A DNA stretch of 64,000 nt from Mytilus edulis (Eukaryota): contig NC_092345.1 of assembly GCF_963676685.1 (NCBI RefSeq), positions 47,616,001 to 47,680,000 on the forward strand. Reading direction: 5' to 3'. Each line of letters starts with the position of its first letter. Within the stretch, counting starts at the first letter, position 1. The notes under the pieces were generated by a model. The model was given only the letters and a program-made list of their open reading frames with translations, did not search any database and had not been told where the DNA came from. The position numbers were made by a program, and so were the translations under genes. Shown one piece after another: positions 11,501 to 24,200 of the stretch.

Positions 11501-12360
11501 CTGTTCCTATTGAAGTCAACACAAAGATAACCAACGTTTCAATTACGGAATCAAAACAACGTCTTGCCTCAAGACCGGAAATAGCCATCATCAAGGACAA
11601 TAATCCAATTGTTGTTCAGGCTAACGACCAATACGTTCATTCGAATGCCAAGCTTGCGAAGTCGTATTCCGTACAATTCATTGAATGTACAGAACCTAGT
11701 TCCAAGCCTGGTAAACGCACAAATTCCTCTAAAGGGACAGCACTCGTGTCACTAAAAGCAAAATCTTTGACCTCGATAGAAAAATCTATAAATAAAGAAA
11801 ACTTCATTCCGAAATCAACAGGACCTGAAGTTCATGGTGAGGAAATCAGTAGCATTCACAAATATATTCCGATAGAAGGACCTATTGCCAATATCAATAT
11901 GCCTTTGAGCAAGCAACCTCTACTCCGAGGAGGAAGCAGAATTGCCAAATCTGATTTGAATTTTAGTGAAAAGGAACCAGTAGTCTTATCTGGACATCAT
12001 CAGAAAGTAACACCTTTTCTTGGACATTACTACAACACAATCAAACATAGAGGACCCCACTTCATAGATAGAACAACTGGATCAGCAAGATGGAACGTTA
12101 GGACGAAACGCTTAATTTCGTCGGATACTCAAAGAGATGTGACATTTCGCCAAACTGGAATAGGATCAAGTATTAGCTCTCGTCATACCCATCGGAGGAC
12201 CACCTTCAACCGTCGTCGCCGTCTAACAACGTTGGAAAAAACAGTTCCTACTATCTCAACAGCAACTATGGAACATTTTGCGAATCACAGCAACCGCATT
12301 AGAGAGATCCTTCTTCAAAGAACAAGAAACTGCGCCGAACCCAGTTTTCCGTGGAATTAG
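8503..12360 (+). CDS. gag-pro: Bel/Pao Gag-aspartic protease polyprotein with eroded pol remnant (1285 aa)
   Basis: Coiled-coil N-terminus. Pao capsid region (FHTWKASF..LIKWLG..LWQRLDERYG). Three Cys/His knuckles (CILHKTMHTLNEC, CYKCCESTTHRSRNC, CNECGSERHTTALH). Protease YAIIDDQSNRSL..LLIGRD. No YVDD RT motif and no DDE integrase core. Confidence 0.92.
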   Translation: MDPSHEEQQEEIQTPEGKVPDLELLQNPSNTIQADENPEARRVRDLTEKGQGAFTEKRDKFCQELEALWADIESQLLEVTAPPNDLQQLLTVQDTLVKACNNYRRLTDEYLEFLKRTRTLESQKEIDACKLSLDLRLSKVELVMEKLHEHRLALTKAKSTKTKTSKGKKTSRSGSSNVSDMSSLARRKRAKAEAAKSKIAFVEKHAIILQQEAMLEEQALFRQIEMEQEAAHKKAKMEQEVAQEAAQRTVQLEQEAMRRKAQMQQEAARVSREKAQLKAKFNLLEAQREAAAAEAEARILEYDDSQAFIELPDEKEDPLQRVQDFVNKLPVSTAVKEVTAPQKKKQFPVKIELSHEAPAFVPSAALNLLSQTSAVLPSDTKSPEVTFIPDLGLVTGIQKLGLSDESPIEHQKQGVKEAIPVLRTKQDVIEEIHVSHTKQDLLEDIPVAHQQQINLTSEITRFLLRKDLLFSRLKSFNLAESFHTWKASFKNVTDELQVSDSEQIDLLIKWLGPESAKHAISIRASNANNPTIGIQRLWQRLDERYGAPEMLEASLMSKLVNFPTLTNKDNARLYDLSDILSEIEYHKENPKLGCLLAYFDSSSGINPIVEKLPYGLQEKWITRASRYKSKYEVAFPPFTELSAFIREISKIKNDPGFIFGSKVTPNTKESMPRFTSQTYSKVNVHKTAVEQQTEDSSQQQDLCILHKTMHTLNECRAFRAKPIEERKELLRQNNVCYKCCESTTHRSRNCNASISCNECGSERHTTALHITRPQQSEGSQFSSPRPAYGGELTQVYGGEQTESAETKLTSVSSICTEIYKDHKSEKSYAKILPVDVYHKDKTDKIIRMYAIIDDQSNRSLASPEFFSLFNVREKPENYSLTTCSGRIATSGKRGKDFVIKSVHSDVQFDLPTLIECNNIPNNRDEIPTPEVAMHHPHLKELGGSIPPIEERCQILLLIGRDLIEAHHVLEQRLGPSRTPFAQKLRLGWVIIGNTYIDKQTVPIEVNTKITNVSITESKQRLASRPEIAIIKDNNPIVVQANDQYVHSNAKLAKSYSVQFIECTEPSSKPGKRTNSSKGTALVSLKAKSLTSIEKSINKENFIPKSTGPEVHGEEISSIHKYIPIEGPIANINMPLSKQPLLRGGSRIAKSDLNFSEKEPVVLSGHHQKVTPFLGHYYNTIKHRGPHFIDRTTGSARWNVRTKRLISSDTQRDVTFRQTGIGSSISSRHTHRRTTFNRRRRLTTLEKTVPTISTATMEHFANHSNRIREILLQRTRNCAEPSFPWN

Positions 12361-12544
12361 TCTATTCTGGAAACTTTATAGTGAAATGTCGTAAGTTGAG
12401 ACGTGATATTTCTCACACGACCTATAGTGGTTATTTCATCTGTATATATTCAATTTATATTGGGATTTATTCATTTATCTAGATCTTATTCTCATTCGCA
12501 AATAGTTATAGAATAGTGATATCAGATAGACATCAGACGGGGAG

Positions 12545-13090
12545 TATTCTGTTACACCGTTCCGTAATTTGTATAGTTCGTTTGATTATATTCTTAATCT
12601 GTTTATGTGTTCCAGTCTAGGAGGATTATTCATCTTTAACGTTAAAACATCGTACCGTCGCTACCTTTCCCTCACTCTCACGTATCCGTTACAGGAAAAC
12701 TGCAAGATCATTACGATCACCAGGAACATTTCGTTGAGACGTCATCTTGGACACAATTCGTGGCTAACCACAGAGTGAGTTTATTATAAACATTGTAATT
12801 AAAGCCTTCAAATTGCCTTCCGTATAATTGAACCTTTTCTCCGTGAAATACTGGATATGTAACCGTTCTTGAAAGTACAACATTTTCTCGGATTCAACGG
12901 ACTGTGCTATCAATTATTTTGGACATTTCATGCACTAGAAACATTAATTCAACACATTGTAAAATTGTATTTTATTTGTTTTTCAGCTTTTTACCATTTG
13001 TTAGATTGGTTTGAGAATAAATTATCAGCACCTGATAGTCTTGTTGCTTGAGCCCAATCGTCGGTTAAACTTAATGGTCAGGCCATTACA
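12545..13090 (+). repeat. Bel/Pao 3' LTR
   Basis: Direct repeat of 7705-8250, preceded by the PPT. Confidence 0.95.
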
Positions 13091-13095
13091 TAAAT

Positions 13096-13440
13096 TAATA
13101 ATAATATCTAAGATCAACTTACTTGTGTCGATTTGGCCAAGAACAGTAGAATAAATATAAAATTCTATACTCACAGATCTATACGTTGGACATGATAAAA
13201 CAAAGTGATATTCGTTTTCCAAAACATTCATATTGCAACATATTCTATTTTCTCTTTGAGTATTCGGATAACGATCAACTTCAACATTTAATCTAAGTGT
13301 GCCGCTACGCAATTTTGTTAATATAGATACATTACAATGAAAATCTAAGTATCTTTCAAAACCACGCAAATACTAGTTTATATCATTTGTAAATACTAAG
13401 TTTGTTACATTCTTCTAAAGCTGCAGATTCTACTGGCATA
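13096..13440 (-). pseudogene. Non-LTR retrotransposon (RTE-X/L2-like) ORF2 C-terminal fragment
   Basis: LTKLRSGTLRLNVEVDRY..RICC..ENEYHFVLSCPTY is a C-terminal CCHC motif of LINE ORF2. Truncated by the Bel/Pao insertion. Confidence 0.7.
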
Positions 13441-14299
13441 TTAAAACAGACTATTTTGACCGTTATGTTAATTAATCTTAATTACAAAAGGAACGGTTAG
13501 ATATATGTCACCTGACTTTGAGTGTTACATTGTACCTTCACGCAAAAATGGACAGATTCACGCTGTGATGTTCACTTAGCAGATCGTCTTTATATTCAAG
13601 AAGGTACTGATCTTGCCGGGGTCATAAAAATAAAAGTCCATCAACACCTAGCCATAAGGTATCATAAGGTTTTACCTTAAACTATTAATCTCACATTGCG
13701 ACAGTTAGACACAATTAATATACCCTTAATAATCATAAACATGTTCTGACAGTTAGGTACTGTTAACATATATGTTCAAAATGCTAGCCCTGATTGCATG
13801 CGTGTATTACATTTACATAAAGTTTTTTGTGCTTAATTCAAATGAAACGGATCTTGACATTTTTTGAAAGGAAGTGTATCCGGGTCGTTCAGCATTTTAT
13901 TTTGATATACGTATTGTGAAGCATACATGATATTGTATACAGAATATCTAGTTAATTTCAATGAGATTTATAAAAGATACTTTATATTTTGTTGTTGTAT
14001 TTTCAGAAAGTAAATACATTTTCACACATATACATATATAGTTTGGCATTTGATTACATACTTTTAATGAACAGTTCTGTCGTATATTTGTTTTTGTATT
14101 AGAAAATTCACGTTCGTAGGTAGAAAAATGATACTAAATGCGAAAACAAATAATGTTATATTACAGTTGCTATCCCCCCCTTTTTGGACAAAAAGAAAAA
14201 AATTGTTGTCGTCTTGTCGTAAGCAAGGAGGTCTTTAAGATTTATGAGTGAAATAGCTGCCTACTTGGATCTTTTGACATACAAGCTTCTTTTTAACAA

Positions 14300-14560
14300 G
14301 TTTTGCGAAAGCGATACTTAGCGAAAGCGATACTTAGCGATCTTAGATTCCGCCGACTACTTCAGCATTAAGTTCAGTCTGTGGTTAAAGTTTTGTTTTA
14401 CATCAAAATCATTGTCAAACATAATAGAATTTCGGGAAATTGGGGCAGAAGCTTCTTTATGTCCAAAATACAGTATCCAGGTCAAAATTTTGCAAATATT
14501 TATTTTTATTTTCCGTATTTTTCTACTAGATGGACTCCGTTTTTCCTGAACAGTTAATTT
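14300..14560. mobile_element. Degenerate HINE fragment related to 4049-4710, opposite orientation
   Basis: Contains reverse-complement matches to the core unit (CTGTGGTTAAAGTTTT, CAGAAGCTTCT, TTTTCCGTATTTT). Confidence 0.5.
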
Positions 14561-17359
14561 CATGTTTTGTCTGAGGTTAAAGATATTCCCGCAGTCATCA
14601 ATAACCGTTTTGTTTAAACGTCCAGTTGCAAGTTAAATGCATATCCATGCAGCTCAAGATCATGATAATGATATATGAATGTTGAAAATATTTTGTTCTA
14701 CATTGCGCTGGACTTTTCACTCGTTTGTCTAAAATGCAACAGTCAGAGTAAAGACATTGTATATATATCTTATTAGTGAGTGCGGTTTTTTTGCTAAGAG
14801 TTTAATTCCATATGACGACCTATAGCTGTTTGATTTTATGGGAACTTATTTTTTTATGGTTTGAACAAGGAACGTATATACTGTTCCAAGTTTTAGCGAT
14901 CAGATTATTTATACAATATTGAAAACATAACATTTATGAACCCATGGTTATTTTTTTTATTGAAGACGTCGCATCATATCATTCATTGCGACTATGTGTG
15001 ATGACCAGCAACAACTTTTCAAAAAGCTCCGTTTTCACACAGACAATCATATGATTGAGATTGTTTATCTATATTTTCCCGACAAAAGCTAAAGAGAATA
15101 AATAGTGTAGTGTCTCCATTGTATGATATACTGTTTTGGCAATTAATGCCATTACACCAGCATGTTTCTGGAAATTATTCTCAATCGCCAAAAATGATAT
15201 TTCTGCACATAAACTTCCTCAAAGCTCTAAACAGCCTCCAGTGACTTGAAGGATCTCGTTCCTTCTTTAGAGGTCCTTCTTTATCAAATTTTTCGTTTTG
15301 GTTATTTGCAAGCCGTAATTTCAAATTTATTTTTCCAATTTTCTCCCGTAATTTTCAAACACCATGTCTCTGAATTTTTCACAATATTTTTATTTTACTT
15401 TATTTAATTTAAACATAAACAAACAAAAAACAGGTGACACTCAACGACTTCACAGGTAAACGGGAAAGCGGCGGGCGTCCTAATAAAGGCCTATTAAACA
15501 TCGAATATTGATGTGTACCATATATGACTTTGCCCCCAGTTCGTCCAAATCTGGCATATTCTCGTATGAATTTTAATTAAACGCTTGACCCACTCAGAAT
15601 TCTAGGTCGCGAACAAGCTTTCCCTGAACTAGTGTATTATAAAATTTATTAAAATAGTTCTTGTTTTTTTAATATTTCAAACCATTTAGACATTGGTGTT
15701 TTTTTCATCGTCAAAAGAGTCGTAAATTTATATTTTTCAATAAATTTTAATTTACTTTTTAAGAATGCATTTAATAAATCATAAAGTTGTGGATAAAAAT
15801 CTCTCTTTTGTAGCAAGTGTTTGTGTAGACTTTCCCGTGTAAAACTGATGTTTCTAAATCTAGGAAAGAATAAATATATTTCTATTTATATTTGATTTAA
15901 TTTAACCTAAGTTCCGTTGGATAGTTTCGGCAGTATATTTGGAAACTTCCTGACTATTTACCGTAATAATACAATCAATATCTTTAACTTATGAACTAAT
16001 GGATTTAAGACGGATGGTTTCTAGGATTGGTCATACACATTGATTCATAACAGTACAGGGAGAAAATTCCGCTATTGCCGGGGCGCAAGTGGTGCCCGTA
16101 GAAATACCCGCAATATGCCGATAAACTTAATTGCCGACAAAAAAATTAATGATGTCATAGAGATTATTTACAGGTTCAATCATCACATCACATCTCGTTC
16201 AAGTATATTTAGCATATTTACGTTTGTCATTAAAGAAGGCTTTATATAAATTGCAGCAAATACGGTTTCCGTAGATTTTTCAAACGACCAGTTAATTAAT
16301 AGTAAAAGTTTTGATTGATCAAATTATATTGAAGTCTAGTGTAAGCAGATGAAAGGCAAAACAGTCAACCGAATTATAAGGACCATCGAAAGCACGTAAT
16401 TTATATAAAACATCCACAGAACTTTTTTCACTCTAAAAAATAGATAATTCCAATACATTAATTTCATATGTTTTATGACATAAATCTATGATACGTTCAA
16501 TGACAGTCGTTACGGAACCAGTTTATAACACTTACTTAAGACCATGAAGAAACGGTATTTACGTTTTTTGTGAAGTTGAGGTAACAAATACATTGTAGGG
16601 ACCATCAGATCGTCAGGATAGGCCTGAAACTGAGATGTGGTAATGATAGGATTGTTAACTATACATATAGTGTATGTACCTGAATATAGAATTTATTATT
16701 GCATTCTGAAAAACGTCCGTGTAGTGTTTACGTCATACCACCACAACATTGGTGGCTGCTTTGCCAGCCGTTATATAATCATGAACACAAAGCACTCTGC
16801 CAGTACTTGAAATTTATTTCTTATTCTATATAAATACGTGAAGTATGTACCCTTTAATTTATGTCTATACCATTTTCAAAATGTGATATTAGAATATCCA
16901 CAATATTCATTTATTTATTCAAAGAATCAGAAGAATTATTATTAGATTTTGCTTGTTAACACAACTTTTTACAGTTCTACGAAAGATAATCTTTAATGAC
17001 CTGACGACACTGTTTCCAATCTAATTTAGATGGAACACGATATTGTGATCCCTTTTCACAGTCTAAAGTTGAAGGAACATTATGATCTACACAATTTATA
17101 CTTACGTTTGATATCAATGACGTATAATTTAACAAAAATAAACTTCTACTGTTTTTGGTAGGTAAACGAAAGAGTAGGTGATTCTGTGTTATCAAATAGG
17201 AAGGTCGGACGTTTTGAAAATGAGATTGTGATTCACACCTTGAAACAATTATGTAATTTACTAATTGTTTTCTTGATATAGTTTAAATAATTACTGATGC
17301 CTACCATATTTTTTAAATATAGATAAGACATCGTCAAGTGTATTATTTATACAATGTTT

Positions 17360-17638
17360 AGGGAGCTACCATTTGATTTTTATGGGGGGGCTAGAAAGAA
17401 AAATTTTGTCCTGTTTTTCTTTTTAGCTGTAATCTCTGTCCTGCCTTTTTATTTTTCACTCTGTTCCGTCCTGCCTTTTTTTTTTGGTTTATCCTGACTT
17501 TTTTTTACCAAAATTGTCGTCCTGACTTTTTTTTTTGCAAGTGTCTCATCCTGCCTTTTTTTTAATCAAAACTCCTGTCCTGCCTATTTTTTTCAAATTC
17601 CCCCCCCCCCCCCCATAAAAATCAAATGGTAGCTCCCT
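17360..17638. mobile_element. MITE (Kolobok-like, TTAA-type site)
   Basis: TIR AGGGAGCTACCATTTGATTTTTATGGGGGG / CCCCCCATAAAAATCAAATGGTAGCTCCCT; internal TCCTGCCTTTTT repeats. Confidence 0.8.
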
Positions 17639-20356
17639 TAATTCATTCAATAATTGAATTTTGATTGACACGTTTGTCATGAAACCTATGAATATGTTGT
17701 CTGTAATCAACAATATTCATGTTATAAATTGATGTTTGGTTTAGATAATTCCTGACCCCATTATTATGCCATTTAGACTAAGGGGATATGCAATCTTCAG
17801 TCTTTTAATTTTAAAAAAGATCGATAACTTTAGTTAATGTTACGATATATGAGGTTTTGAGTTATACTTATTTTCAAAATATTCAATAAATGATGAGTCA
17901 GGTACTATAAAATAATATTTATTTTGAATATAAAAAGTAGTCTAACTAAAGAAATATTTGGCAGCATACATTTAAAATTTATACATCAGTGACATTTCCA
18001 AAATTATCTCTACATGAAGTGCATAAATTAGCAAATACTTATAACACATTTTAAAGAAAACAGAAAAATACAATCTTTTAATTCAATTATGATAAGCAGA
18101 TAACATAAGGTAACATTTTGCATTTCGAATTTAGAAATAAACATATTTTTACATGCGGCTTATATATAGGAAAAAAGTTAACGTTCTTCAACTGTCAAAA
18201 AATTAAATAAAACCTAATGTATATCATCTATTTCGTAGTATGCTTTAAACATGTAATCATTTATTAAATCAATTTTCTTTAAAAGTCTTGTAAAAACTTG
18301 TTTGACTCAATTTCAATAACATCGACGTAATTAAGCATAGGTTTAGTTTCAAATGAATGTAAATTTCTGAATGAAAGCTTGCTACACCACAGTATCAAAC
18401 CACAATTTTAACTATAAATTATACACTATAGGGGTGATTTTGAAACAACATTTTCTTTATCAATCTAACTTTTTTTTAAAGTGCCACGTTTAGAATTTCG
18501 CCAATGAACTATTGTTCGATTACTTTCTATATTAAAATTTCCTCTTCATAAAACAATGATTCAGAAGGTATAGGTAAATCCAAAGTATTTAAAAAAAAAA
18601 ACTGAAAAAAAAAACATTTCATTTTATGTTACAATAATTTAAAATAAAACCTGCAGAATAATCATAATTTACTATTCATGTTTAAACAATATCTATTCTA
18701 AATATGTATTTTGTTTCAAACTGGTATTAAAATACTACAATAAAACCTCCCAAAACTTAATATGTTTAAATTCCTTCCACTCTGGTCAAAAGGATTTCTC
18801 TAAAACACAACCAAACAAATGTCTTATTTGAGTTGCCAGCATGTTTTCATCAATATACCAATGATAAAAAATACACTTCACAATGTTTACCACAAGGAAA
18901 TTACAGCAGTATTTAAAATAATACAATAAAATTACCACTCAGACTTAAAGGTTTAATTATCAAACAATAATATACAGATAAAAAAATAAAATAAAACATA
19001 AATCTACAACCACAAACTCGTGCAAAGCATAAAAACAAATCACCACAGGATGGATTGTCTTCTAACTATATTAAGGATGAACTTAGATATAATTGATACT
19101 ATAAGCCGGATGAGCATTAGTTAAGGATCAAGCTAAAAGGTGATGGAGCATTTGTTCAAGAATTTGTATTTTAAAACATGCCTGGGAAAGTCTGACTCCG
19201 ATTTTCACCTTATATTTGCATTGGTATTATTTGGGTCTCAAATCAAAAGAAAAAAATTAAGTATCTGTTCAAATTTTGGTAATGACTTTCTATGAGCTAT
19301 TACGTCTTATATAAAAAGGTTAATGGGTGTTATGGGACAAAATATTTTACCTTGTATTGTATGGAGAAACACCAACGAGTCCGAACATCTGACACAAATT
19401 CCAAACCTCAACTTAAGTACGTTCTTCTACAGTATTTGAATTTACTGATGAAGAAGATATATAGGTTATAAAAAAAATCTTTATATGACTTTTCCTTTTT
19501 CCCTTTTTTCCTTTTTCTTTAATTATTTTTAATACAATTGACCACGACTGCATCTCTTCAATTACGGATCTTTTTAAAGTTGGTAAAAATTTTCTCATTA
19601 TAAAATTTTACATACTACAAAGAATTTTTTTCGTAATGCATCTAGTTTATTATACAAATATACTTTAAAAAGTTGAAAAAATTATCATGAAAAAAGAATC
19701 TGGAGAACAATTTAGTACAAATTGCTTTAAAATGATAAAATACTATTTACACCTTTTATTATTTATATAAATAACAAAGAAATTGTCAACAAGTTAAACT
19801 AGATTAAATTGGAATAAAATATAAACGACTAATCTAGTTATCCCTAATCAAGTTAATAGATTACACCTAATTATAAAGCTGAATAAATATATCTACCATG
19901 TTCAGAATGATATGGATTCACTTGTGATGATTAAAAATAGTTATGATTAATATAAAACACATACATATATGTACGTTTGCTAATCTCTCTCTCTCTCTCC
20001 CTCTGTATATATATATATATGATATGTGTTAACCATACAAGATAAAAGACATAAACCATATCAGACCTTATCACATAACAGTTATGAAAACATTTATTTT
20101 AAAAGTAAGGCTTTAACTTCTAGTAAAGGTTGGGATTTTTTAATTTAAAGTATAATAAAAAAAAATGTTCATATGGTGACCAGTTAACATCATTCACAAA
20201 ACCAGAATTAGTATCAACCATTTCTTGAATAGAGCAAACCAATATAAATTAGTCATTTCAGATATGTTAATCAAGTAAACGGGTTATGTTTCTAGCTTGA
20301 AATTTACTGGAACAATATGTAAGAAAATGTGATTTTTATGGTGACCCAGTACACAA

Positions 20357-20650
20357 ATAAGAATGTGTCCAAAGATCACGGATGCCCCATCCGCACTATC
20401 ATTTTCTATGTTCAGTGGACTGTGAAAATGGGATAAAATTTCTAAGTTGGCATTAAAATTAGAAAAATCATATGATAGGAAACATGTTGACTATGTTTCA
20501 AGTTGATTGGACTTCCACTTCATCAAAAACTACCTCGACCAAAACTTTACCCTGACGCGGGACAGACGGACGAACGAACGGACAAACGAACGAACGGACG
20601 GACGGACGCACAGACCAGAAAACATAATGACCATAAATGGGTCATAATAA
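20357..20650. mobile_element. HINE-like short element
   Basis: AAGAATGTGTCC..CACGGATGCCC start, core sequence, (GACG/GAAC)n microsatellite. Second copy at 30661-30900. Confidence 0.65.
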
Positions 20651-21088
20651 AGTTTCAAAGATGGTCAACGACGGTTAGTATTCAGGACAGATATTTAAAA
20701 AGATAAGTATTTTTTTTCCCTTTTATATCTTACTTAATAACACATACACATTATTTTATATTTCCTCTTTTCAAATAAAGATTAGAAAATAAAAACCAAC
20801 AAAAGGCTGCAAAAAGAAAACGAAGCAAATATATGCATAACCAGTGTATTGAATAAATACACAAAACATGTTTTTTTCTTAACCTATGGTATATGTGTCA
20901 GCTTCAGAGACCAAAATGATTATATTTAAGTAAGTCGTAGTAAAATCCTATCCCCTACAGTTCGTCCCTTTTTCTAAGGGTCATGATGTCTAAAAATGTA
21001 GTTTTATAAATTATGTCAACTCTTATGTCAATAAATCTAGTTTCAATAATGTATTTGATTTGTTATGTTTTTGCCTAATTTACAAAAG

Positions 21089-21209
21089 TTAGTCGCATTG
21101 TTTCTTTTCGAAGGCATATTTATAAGCAACTTCATTGTAGAATCCTTCCAAAGACTTTGTTCCCCTCAAACTAGAATCCCTTCTACCAAAGGCTTGTCGT
21201 ATCTGCCAA
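21089..21209 (-). CDS. Last coding exon, cytoplasmic tail
   Basis: TTTCAG acceptor; [39 protein letters not shown]. Confidence 0.75.
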
Positions 21210-24200
21210 CTGAAATTTAAATTAAATTTTTAATCAAAAGTTGATTAGTTCATAAAGTTTATTTTCGTCACATGATCGTTATAATAAATCAAATATATTT
21301 GAGTTAAAGTAGAATTTTACATTTAGTCTCAATAAATTACTGCAAATATTGTTTAGAATGTGTAAATGTTTCTGTCAACACGTCCATACAATAGAATACA
21401 AATGTAACGATAGATGACATTCATCTTATAAAGAAGATAGCATACTTGAAATTTTTATAGAGAAGGAATGTATAGATATAAAACAACCAACTGATAGTCC
21501 TTTAACTACAGTCAGAATGATATTATCAATTGTCTATTTATTAATCATGCTTAAATATTTGCATGTAATCTTCGAATTTTTATGTGATCCAGATTATAAA
21601 TATTTGTTAATTTATATTTATTTAAATGTCTAAATAAATGAACTGACTGCATCAACACTCATTCATATCTATACATACTTATCATCTTCTTGTTGTCCTT
21701 GCACTATTAATTCAGACTTTCTTTTTTTAGATCTACAGAACATGCATATCATGATCGTTATAAAGATCGCAAATGCGGCAATGGCTAGAGGTAATCCTAT
21801 ACCTAGGCCCAGTATCAAATCTGATGAACTTTTACCTAAAATGGAGAAACAAAATATATAACTTCACAATACATTTTCAACTGAGTTGGTAAGCCTTTCC
21901 TAAAAATTTGGTGTTTTGCAATGGCCAGTAAAACTCTTTTATTGAAATCTAAAATTCATTCGTTTAAATTTTAAGAAATTTGTTGTACAACGCCACAGAG
22001 AGATTTTGTTCATATTTAGACTCTCTCTCTCTCTCTCTCACGTTTGAATTTTGCAATCAATCATGAACCAAAATTTCTGAACGGCAAAAAGGAAATCGTA
22101 ATGAACAAACTTGAACACAAAAAATACAGCATATTAAAATTTAAGAGCATTGACTGAATGGTTAATGAATTATTGCATGAAAATAGCATGTGCAACTTTC
22201 TAATGAATCAAGGACCACAAGTCAAAAACAACCCAAAAAAAGAGCGTAAATTCCGAACCTGAACTCTACTCTATAATCAGTAACACAAAAGTAAATTAAC
22301 AAAAATACCAAACTCCGAGGAAAATTCAAAACAGAAAATCCGTTATCAAATGGAAAAATCAAAACTCGAAAAGGTCAAACGAATGGATAACAACTGTCAT
22401 TTGATTGAATTTAATAAATATTTTTATTCTTATTTATTCCTGGCAGAAATGTGGTGGATTAAACCTCTTTTTTAGCTAGATAAAACTCTCAGTTGTATGA
22501 CATCATAGGTAGAAACGTCAAAAATAGGGGTACAACAGTCAACATTGTGTTAAAATCTTAATTACTATAAATTACTAAAAAAAACAAACAAATGTGTAAC
22601 AAAGAAAACCAAAAAGGCATAAAGATGAAGCGTTCTAGCAACAACATGAAAGACAAGTTTACAATAATTTACCATAACACATCAACACAATCGCGGGATG
22701 TATAAGTACAGAGCCACTTCATACATGTATGTAACAAAGAAACACCAACAGGCATATGGGTTCCAAAAATATATGGTCTCTGTATATAATCATTTGACAT
22801 GCGGGAAATCATTATGCAAGTTGAAAAACAAGAACATGAACACGAATACTGGTCTTGCCCTTCGTTTATTCTTTTAAAATTGTAGGTAACCATGATTTAC
22901 GGTTTATGAGTTACATAAACACACAAATCATAGTATACACAAAAGGAAACGAGAAGCATTGTGAACAGAAATGCCTCGGTCAAAATTTAAAAGATCACCC
23001 AGAATACGTACCAGGCTTTCAGGATGGACATTGATTCGATATCTTTTACAGTTTTGGAGAAGAACAGATGACGAGAAAAACATTATAAGGGAGAAAACTC
23101 CCATATTAAACCATATCAAAAAAGCAAGTTTTAAAAGAACAACTATCAATATCAACTATCTTATCAACACGTTGTGACACAACAGCGACATTTCAGAAAC
23201 AAACAGAAAAAAATCATCTGAACAACAATATATCAGTCTGTCCTAAAAAAAGTGAGGGAAAAAGATATCAATATCATTGCAAAAGCAAAATTGCCACATA
23301 CACTAATATGAATTAACATGTAAAATAAAAAGTAAAATCACACAAGTACTGAACTCCGAAAAAAATTCAATCGGAAATTTCCTTATGCCATGACTAAATA
23401 AAAAGCAGAAGCACATCAAATAAATAGACAACAATGGTCAAATTCTTGAATTGGTACATAAATTTTCTTGTGTAGATAATGGTGGATTCAACCTTTTTTT
23501 AAAGCTAGATAAAACTTCTCTCTGAAACGTACATCTTTATGAATAACACTGGAAACCAATATTTTTTCTTGTTAAACAATATGTTTGCCCTTAGCTACTT
23601 TAAATGCCTCCTAATGAGTATTAAATGTTACACATTACAAGTTCTATTAAGGAAACATTAGTATACTGCTGTTCTGTAGTAATCATTCAATTAAGGAAGT
23701 TCACTGCTCAGTTTCAAAATAAATAGCTATCCATAACACTAGTATATATTGATTAAGGACTAGTTAATTGAGGAATAAAGAATAAAATAAAAATAAAAAA
23801 ATATAGGGGTCAATGTGCTTGTTTTCGAGATATTAGCCAATGGAATTTTGCCGGGAAAATGTCATCTCTTAATTTTTCATAGCTTTACCATTGACCAGTT
23901 AAAATTCTCAAAAACTTGAAAAATAAATAAGATTTTATAAGACTTTTACAAATGGCTTATAATTATACATGTAAAAGATTTATAAAAAGAAAAATAGGGG
24001 TCCATTGGCAAATTTTTTTAAAGCATTCAAATTGATAAAACCCGAGGATTACAAAAATCTGACAAAAAATCCAAAAGCAAATATCCTTAAGCGAAACCGT
24101 TGGAAACATACCAAATATAAAAATGCAACGGAACAACAGAAACACTGAACTGCAACAAAAGCAAACACCAACAAACATAAAAACGGACTATTTGGTAACA

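Larger units (their letters stand above)
7705..13090 (+). mobile_element. Bel/Pao LTR retrotransposon, non-autonomous (Gag-protease only), recent insertion
   Basis: 546-bp LTRs at 7705-8250 and 12545-13090; one mismatch seen (G7867/A12707). 5-bp TSD TAAAT at 7700-7704 and 13091-13095. PPT AGACGGGGAG ending at 12544. Single long ORF. Confidence 0.95.
7474..15641. mobile_element. Non-autonomous TIR DNA transposon enclosing nested LINE and LTR insertions
   Basis: Perfect 23-bp inverted repeat TATAATACACTAGTTCAGGGAAA (7474-7496) / TTTCCCTGAACTAGTGTATTATA (15619-15641). No transposase ORF seen. Confidence 0.65.

Noticed and set aside
8868-11600. Several minus-strand ORFs of 66-124 aa
   Set aside because: Antisense shadows of the Gag-protease ORF.
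16977-17195. 72-aa minus-strand ORF (KGSQYRVPSKLDW)
   Set aside because: Faint resemblance to the pre-RT region of Penelope-like elements, but too short and degenerate to call.
19071-19426. Possible Kolobok-like MITE (TTAAGGATGAACTTA..TAAGTACGTTCTT)
   Set aside because: Ends too degenerate to fix boundaries.
18060-21088. Long 3' UTR and poly(A) site of the membrane-protein gene
   Set aside because: Plausible from the U-rich composition, but there are many candidate signals and it cannot be placed without transcripts.
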